Assembly: GCA_043812495.1 (NCBI GenBank)
Contig: JBDRMG010000053.1
Location: 1 to 33,716, forward strand
Origin: Candidatus Omnitrophota bacterium
GTDB taxonomy: Bacteria > Omnitrophota > Gorgyraeia > Zapsychrales > JBDRMG01
Direction: 5' to 3'
Length of the DNA stretch: 33,716 nucleotides
A program made the position numbers and the translations under genes. Every line of letters starts with the position of its first letter. Positions within the stretch are counted from its first letter, which is position 1. Below, piece by piece: positions 24,001 to 33,000 of this stretch. The notes beneath the pieces were generated by a model, which did no database searches, was not told where the DNA came from, and saw only the letters and a program-made list of their open reading frames with translations.

Positions 24001-27000
24001 ACTTCTTTAGCGGAGCAGGCGTTTGCTTCTAGCGCTGTTCTTGCGCCTTTGGCATTGATCGGATCAATTGCAACACAGGATTTTGGCGATTTTGTTTGTC
24101 AATATGATCCGGATGGCAATATTAACTATATTGTCAATCAAAATGGGGAATTATTGGCCCTTTATCGGCATCTTGATGAACAAATCAACGAAAGCTCAAT
24201 CGAAAGAGTTAAAATTCGGAACCTATTTGCTAAGGACCCGGAATACATTGTCCTTGAGCGTGATTATTCTGATGGCCATATCGCGTTTTCTATCCTTGTG
24301 AATAATGAATTCGCGGGCTATCGACGTTTCCAAATAGAAGACAGAACTTTTGTCTTGGAAAAGATTAAAGTTAAAGATCACTTCAGCAATCAAGGCATTG
24401 CCATGAGTATTTTAAATTGGCTAGCCCTGGAAGCAAAAAGAAAGTCCTTTGGGCTAAAAATTGAAGGCATACACAATCCGCTCATTACTTATTTTGCTGG
24501 CAGAATTTATGATCCCGAAAGAAAGATTATGTTTTCTGCCGTTCCGGGAAAATGGTCTGCGCATGACCATGTTGATGCTTCATTACTAGACTCCGAAGTC
24601 GTCGGTCCCTTAGAAATCATGACAGGGGAAGAGAGGCCGGCGTTGTTGCGGCCTCAAAAAACGACTGATGGAAACTTAATAACAAAATCATCAATCGAAG
24701 GCGTTGATATTAAAATGGATGGACTCAAAATCATAGCGATTGATCAGGAAAGTGGCAAAACATTACAAATCGAGTACAAAGGACTTATTTCGCTCTCCGG
24801 CTGGCCAAAACCGATCACAACGAAACAGCCAAGAGACCAAAAACCAATAGGCGGAGTTTCCTCAAATGTTGATAATCGTAGATCGCATCTTGCGGCAACA
24901 CCTTTGACCGGCACAGAAGCCGTGATTAGCATCGATTTTGCAATAATATTGTTAATTATTGCCCCGCTCGCCTGGTGGATTTATTCCGCTCTAAAGAAAA
25001 GAAGACAGACGGATTACTTGGACGAATATTATAATCAATTCAGCAAAATGCCGAAATTCAGCGTTCTTATCCGGGATATCTATTGTCAAGGGAAAGCTGT
25101 TTATCGGCAATACTTCTTCGGGCGATATTACGGAAAGGTGAAGAAACCCTTTGTCTTCCTCGCGCGGTTTATCAAAAACCTGCCTCGTGGAATACTTCTT
25201 CTCTTCTTGACGATCGGCGCGATCCTCGCCGTCATCATTTTTATTTTGCTATCTGCGGAAGCGTTTGCTTTGAGCGCCATGTTGTTGCCTTTCTTGGGCT
25301 TGATACAATCGGACGATAAAGACCATAACTCTTGGTATGCATCCGAGCCAAAAATGTTTGTTGACCCCGATGTATACATCAATGGCCTCAGGGCAATTGG
25401 CCGGGCCATAGACGAATGGCGATTCCACGAGGGAATGCAGTTGGCTGACATCTACCGACTCTCCCGGGGAGATCCAAAGCCGGAAATATTTGATGACGAA
25501 GTTTTGGAAGCCTATCGGCCTGCCATAGAATTGTTTAACCAACTTTTGGGTAAAGAAATGAAAAGGGAGTTCGGCCCTTCTACCCTGCTTTATGGAATAA
25601 AAAGATTGCATTATCTTTTCTCAATAGCTGATGCAAAGACTCGTCAGCAATCCGGGGGGCTGCGTCCTGACGCCCTTGGTCAGTTTGAACGATTGCTTGA
25701 GTATTTGTTTAGCGACGAATTTGGGGAGCGATTACACAAAGAGGCCCTTGATGCCATCAGCGATATTTTCATCGAACTCCTCAAAAGTCAAGTTTTGGGT
25801 TCCGGAAATCACCGCGTCTTTGGGCTTGCCATGAACTATATTCTAATCAAAACCGGATATAGTCCGTTGATCTTGACAGATAATAATGTCGAGGAATACC
25901 TGAGAGCAGCCTATCCGATCATTTCAGAAGATGAAATTCTAAACGATGCGGCTTATGCGCGGATGAAGAAAGACATGCAAGCGCTGCTTGAAAAGAATGT
26001 CAGGCGCATAGAGGACAAGCTCCAGAAACGTCTGTCCGGCGTCAACGGCCTTCTGACACGCGTGGAACGGGATCCTCGCTACGGTTATTTGAGAGACCTT
26101 GCGGATCCGCAAGGTACGGGTGAGCTGGCTGCGGACGAGAAATGGAGTCACGTGAATCAGGAAGATTTTGACTGTGGCCAAAGAGAAGAAAATACGAGAG
26201 AGTTGAGGCCTCATTTACCCGTCATTGTCGCTTTTGCCAAATGGATCCTGGATTGCGAGGATTTTAAAGGCAAAAAACTTGTCTTCTTGGGGCGGTCTTG
26301 TGATCTTGTCTATGACGCGGCCGAGGCGCTCACACATTTCGATTCCGCATACCAAGATCGGCAGGGAGATCTTTTTGTTGTGGATTATCCCGGACAGTCC
26401 TTTGAGCATGTCTTGCCCATCAAGCTGGCAGGGTATGCGCAAGAAGCGATTGGCCTTGACCCAGAAAATACTCAGGGTATCGTTCTGATTAATGAGATGA
26501 TTTTTGGGGCAAAAGGTCATCTCTGGAAACAGATTGAAACTCCGGAAGAAAAAATTGATACGGTCATTATGCACGCACGGGGCCGGAAAGGAAAAAATAC
26601 CTACAGCCAGAATGTCCCCCGCGAAGAACGGCAGGCCGTCATAAACGCCGCTTATTGGCTCGGCAATCGTTATGACAGTGCCAGAAATTATGACGTAAAA
26701 GGAGGTGGAGTCAATACACCGACTCTGAGATACAGTTATTTAACAAATTACGCGCTTAGACGTCTCCTGCACAAAATGCTTATTGCGGATGAAATCAAGG
26801 GAATGCAAAGGCCTCAAGGGATCGCCATCCTCGGTTGCGGACGCTGGGCCTTTTTGAGAATTATTCCGAAACTTTTGGCCTTGCGCCAAAACCCGGATTT
26901 TCCGTACTTTAGCCAAGATCAAATCATTTATCTGGTCCGTCCGCGCGACCCGACATCCAAAAAGAACAGTCCCTGGCGGAACAATATCGACGGGGTTTTA

Positions 27001-30000
27001 CAAAACAATTCCAATATCCAGATTCTCGACACGGAAGAAGAAGCGATGCAACACGAGGATGTCGGCATAGTCATAGCGGCTAAACGCTTTGCTAAAGACA
27101 ATGAAGAGGTTTGTCTGCAAGCCCTCTTGCATGGCAAGGATGCGTTTACGGAAAAGCCTCTGGGCCCAAGGGCGGACGAACTCGCCGCTTCGGCAGAACG
27201 GCTAAAGAAAATCTATGCCGTTGGTATGCAATGGATTTATGATCCCGACCTCCTCTTTCTTAAAAAACAAATGAAACAATTGGGCCCGATCGTATCGATA
27301 GAAGCCGCTCTGCTCAATTCAAAAGAAAATGACGATATGGACCAATTTGACAATCTTGGTATTCACCTTTTAGCTGCTTTAAATATACTTTTGGGTGACC
27401 GGCTCAATTGCTTTGAAAATCTGACCCTGCTCACTGATGCCGCCGAGCATACAAAGCGCGTCTATGTCCGGTTTGACCTTAACGGGACAGGGCCCCTGTC
27501 GGTTGTCATCAAGGCCGATAATTTCTACAAAAGCGACAAAGAGCGCCGCTACATCACCGTCTGCGGCGAATACGGTTCAATGACGCTTGATTTGATGAAT
27601 CCGCGAACGCTCACCGCGCGCCTCACAGAAGACATCCCCGGTTCCGCAGCAAGAAGTATAACTCTTGAACAAAATGTTGACCGCGATGCGATTCGCATAG
27701 GATTCGAAAGATTTTTCCGGGCCGTTGCCACAAGAGATGAGGGCATGCTTGAAACCAGCGTCCGAAAGGTCCTGCCTGTCTGGAAGATCGCGAAGGATAT
27801 TGAGCAATTAATCCAAGATCAAAGCAGCGAAAAATCTCATCCTGTTTCTCCTCAAGGTGCCGGCAAAAGAAATACCGTTGGCACATTCATGCCGCTTTTG
27901 CAGGTCCGCTCAAAGCGCGACTGGGGCGTTGGAGATTTTGAAACTATGAAAACAGCGGTTGATTTCCACTCGCAAACGGGTCAAAACATTATTCAGATTC
28001 TGCCGTTTAATATGTCTTCCGCCAATAATGCGCCGTATTCGGTGGCCAGCTCAAGATTGATGGATCCGGTTTACATCGGCATTGAGGGTCTTTTAGCTGA
28101 AATCAATAGCCCGGCTGCCCGTCAAGCGATTCAAGACAGCCTTCAAACTATCGAGGAATTACGACAAGCCGATCAGGTTGATTATGAAAGAATCCGGGCA
28201 CTCAAACTGAGTTTACTCAGGATGATCTGGGAATCTTTCCGGAAAAATGAAAAAAGCGCTCTGAGCAGGGATTTCGACATCTTTCAAGAGGAAAATAAAA
28301 GTTGGCTTCAAGATCATGTGCTTTATCTCATTCTTAAAGACTTCTATATCAAAGAGGAAATGTCCTCGGGCGCTGACTGGAACAAGCTGAAGATGTGGGA
28401 TTGGCGAAATTGGCAGGCGGGCTTGCGCGACCGTAACGCGCAAGCGATCAGCGCGGCCAAGAGCCAACATCAGGAAGAAATCCTTTTCGGCGCCTTTGTT
28501 CAGTTTGCCGCTTTCCGGCAGTATCGTCAGCTTGTTCAATACGCAGAAGACAAGGGCGTTGAATTTATGATTGATATCCCATTTGCCTTGGACGGCGCGG
28601 ATATCTGGATTCATCCCGATGTCTTTGGTCTTAAAAAAGAGAACGGATACAAACGCCTTGTCACGCAAGGAGTCCCGCCTGAGGCGGCCTATCTGGCCGG
28701 TCAATACTGGCAGTTCTATCCGTATGACTGGAGTCATCCAAAAGCGGTTGAATTCATCCTTGATATGTTCAGATTCAACCAGACAAAAGCCACCTATATC
28801 CGCTTGGATCACGTGCTGGGTTATTACAGGAGTTATCTCTATACGGAAGATATTGACGCAGAAATGACCCTTGAGAAACTTGGATTGGACGAAGAAATCG
28901 GGAGATTGCAAAAACAAGCGCAGACAAAAGGCCGCGAAGCAAAACAAGAAGCCGTTAAAGAGGTCTATGAATTAATTACGAAGAAGCTTTTGGATTTGAA
29001 CGGTTCTCAAGGTAACCGGCTTCCTTGCGGATTGCCGGAGGATGCTATTTCTCTATTGATGGACGAAGAAGGAAATCTTTCTTCTGATGCGATGATTCGT
29101 GTCGGCCGGCAAGTTCCCGATGGTAAGATCAATGAAAAACTGCCTGAAGATTCACCATGGGCCAGGACATATGTCGTGGAAAAAGCGGTGTACCGCACTC
29201 AGCCGCAATGGGATTTTATCCGCATTACACCAAGTACCCCAATCAAGGATCAAGGATTCCTCTATGAATATTTATTCCCCGAAGATGGCAGCAATGTCCG
29301 GCCGACGGATAGTATTCATCTTGGATATTTCAAGCTGGCGCTTGGCGAAGCCATGATGAGCGAATTCTTAAAATTGGCTCAAGAACAGGGAACAACACTC
29401 ATTTGGGAAACGCTCGGCGTTGTCCCGCCGTGGATTCAGGAATCCGTCGAACGCCTGGGCGGCACCAATTATATTCCGGTGATCTGGGGTGAGGTGCCCG
29501 CATGGGGCAAAATCAAGAATCCATATCATCCGTCCAACCATATCGAAAATGCTTTTGTCACGTATGGTCTGCATGATTCCTGCTCCATGAGAGAGCGATG
29601 GGAAAATGAAGAAGAACAGCTCAGTCGAACCACCAAACAAGACCTGCTTAAAGAATGGTTTGGCCAAGATTGGAGCGATGACGATCTTTTGACCCTCACG
29701 CCCAAAGTTCAGGAAAAATTATTAGAGTTGGTTTATTCGTCAAAAGCAAAAATAGCCGTATTGACCTGGATCGACCTATTGGGATTAGGGGATGGGTATC
29801 GTCTCAATACGCCGGGCATTCAGGAAGGTCAGTGGATTAAGCGGCTGCCTTCTGATGTGACGTTTGAAGATTTATTAGCCGCGGCCGAAGGCAAGCCCTC
29901 GACGCAGAGAGCCGAGGACGCTGTTAAGCTGATTCACCGTCTTATGATTGAGGGCCGCAGAATAAGAGCTCTGGAGGGAGCCCGTGATCTACCTGTGCTC

Positions 30001-33000
30001 GGCGCCCTCCCCTTGCTCGCTGGGTTTTCATGGAATGATTTATCGAACATGGTACAAAATCCGGTGGTTCAGGTTGTACTTATTCTTATCATCATCGTAT
30101 TGGTATGGCTCATCCGGTCAGCGGCATTGAAAGTTTCTAAAAATCGCCAACAAAAGCAAGAAAGAGACAATAGAGACAGAGAACGCGAAAGACAATTTAA
30201 GAATGATTTTACGCCAGCACAGGACGGAGAATTAACAGCCGTGCATAGCGTACGATTCCAACCCCTGAAAGAAGCAACAATAGAAAAACCCGAAGGACAA
30301 AGTGGTATTGATGAGTTCTTAGCCTATGCCCTGACGCCGGCCCAAGTTATGGCCTACGTAAAAGGCCGGCAATCGGACAATAAGCTTGGCTTTACCCGCA
30401 TCCATTTGGTTGAAGAAACAGGAAAAGTTGCCCGCCGGTCCCTGGGGAGCCTGACCGCCCGATTACATCATTGTCTGTTTGTTAACAACGCAGAAGGAGA
30501 GCGCGAAGGCGCGCGCTCTGCGGATTTAAGCGAAGGTGAATTCATCGGGGAACAATCTTGGCATAATGTGTTCGGCGCCTTTAATGTGGATGAATGCGCT
30601 CCCGCCCTCAATTCACTGAGTCGCGGCCTTGGTCTTTCGTCCTGGGCAGCTCTCATGTACCAAGAGCAGAACCGGAGGCGCCCCCTGCCGCCCACGAAAG
30701 GTGCCGTCTATCTGGAGAAATACTTATTGTCTCCTGAGGTGGCCGGCGCCCCGATCGATTGTTCTCTGCCTTTAAAAGAAAACGTGGACAGAATTATCGA
30801 TGAGAAATTCAAGTATTCTCTTTGGAGAAAGATTACCAATCCTTTCTTTAATGGCTTGTGTCGCATGCTTGGAGAAGAAAGAAGTGAGCAATGCAAAGAA
30901 ATAATAAAGTCTGCATTGAGATTTCTTCGTTTTCCCGTTGATCAAAGACGATATCGGAACTTTAAATTAGCTATGCTTGCCAGAAGGCATTATCTCACGT
31001 GGATTAAGCAGCTTATTTTTGAGATGGGTATCAAACTGGATAGCAGAGATGCACAGCGGGAATATGAAAAAATTGTCGCGTATGTCGATTCTGTCGAAAA
31101 AGGTAAGTCCGTCGGGATGTATCGAAGCGGTAATCTCACGCTCGTTGCGGCCGGGGACGCGACTCCTGCTATCAATCTTGCCCTCATGGATGGACAGATT
31201 GATTGCTTTATTGGAGCAGGTCGCGGCATTGAAGGCCTCATGGCTGCCCTGATTCTTAAACAGCACGGCGGTGCCGTTTATGTTAAACCCCTTCCCTTGG
31301 AAGCATTAAAAAGAGGAGGCAATATTGATGATAATAAAGAAGATTTTACATCCGCCGAGGAAGCGGATCTAAGAACGGTGGAAATTGTACGACCCGGAAC
31401 TCAAAAAGGACGTCAGATTCCATGGAACCGGACACTGGACATCCATGACCTCATTAGGACAGAACAAGCCACCATGGTGGCTGTTGCCTTCGGTGAGAAA
31501 AATCCCTGGGGATTCCCGGATTCAACGATGGATGTCCAAACTGGCCTTATCACTGTTCCCGTACTTATCTCGGATAACACAGGCGAAATGTTCATAGCGC
31601 ATATCACATTCCGTACGAATATTTCCGAGTCTCTGGAAGAAATGGCAAAGAAGAAAGGTAAAAGAAAATTATGGGCCACACTGGACTGCGCGAGAGCTTA
31701 CTGCAAACGCGGTATTGCCGTAGAGGCGGAGCAGTTGCTCAGAAGCCTAGAGCTCGATCTCAAGCGAAATTCCCGAAAGAATAAAGAATTTAAGCAAAGT
31801 GCGGAGGGTAGAAGATTTGAGTCATTGATGGAGGCGTTACGTGAGTATGTGGCTTTCGTCAGGATTATGTCGTACGGCAAAAAGGAATTGTTCGGAAGGA
31901 CGGAGGGCGCGCAGAAAGCAGGTGATTCTGAGGATAAAAAAGGCAGGGTCACGATCTATGAAGGGCTTTATGATGTCGGCTTAAGGCATTTGGAGAACGT
32001 CATGAATCTCGACGAAAAGGATTATGTCGGCGTGCGAACGGTCTATGAGCAGCTCATTCAGTTTCTGGCCTGGATAAACCATCGGGCCGGTGTATTGAAA
32101 TTTGATCAGTATGAAGAGATTCTTGAGGGAAACATTCGCCCTCTGGAAGAGCGGCTTAAAATAGAAAAAAGTCCCAAGCCCACCATAGCCAAAAAATGGG
32201 AAAGAAAAATATTTATTGAAGAATGTCAGACCAGCTTGAAAAAAGAGCGCGATAGAGCCAATGCGCTCAAAAGCCAAGGAGTGCAAGCCTTAGAAAAATC
32301 CAAAAAATTTTATGAGCTGATCATTAATATAGAAAGCGAATCAGAGTTTATGAAGTGGGAAAAAGGAATTGCCCGTTTGCGCCTTCAAGAAATTGATTAT
32401 CTGAAAGACACCATGGTGGGTGGAGGAAAAGACCTCCAGGCGACCTGGACGCAGCTGGGTAATATTTTAGAGAAAATTGCAGAAGTTCATGATAAAAACT
32501 TAGGCTATCATTTCACGGCCCTAAGGACCTATCAGGCGAGCTTAAAATACCGCTGGAAAGCCCTTCACAGATATCCGGGGCTCGCTCCTTTTGACACGCT
32601 CAACAATACAGGGGATCTCTTAAGACGTTTAGGGCGATACGTGGAATCCATGGATCATTACAGGATGATTGTTTTTAGAACCACCAAAGGGGTTTTTGCC
32701 CTCGATGAAGAAGTCGACAGCTTCAAGCAAGATCCTCAAAATTATTTGCAAGGGGAAGGCGGAGACTATGGCTCAATGTACCGTTCCGGTCTCTCCGAAG
32801 TATTCGCTGTGCGTAGGGCCGTCAAAGGCATCATTGATTGCGCCGTCAATATGGTCGGCAGAGACGATATTCGGGGGATCGCCGATGAACTGGATGACCT
32901 CTTTGCGCATGAAGATATTCTGGTGCGAAGATGGACCATCGATGTCCTTAAGGAAAGGGCTCTGGGCCGGGAGGAAGATGCGCTGGACCGGAAAAAACTT

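Noticed and set aside
28213..28947. 244-aa minus-strand ORF
   Set aside because: Antisense shadow of the GH77 domain.
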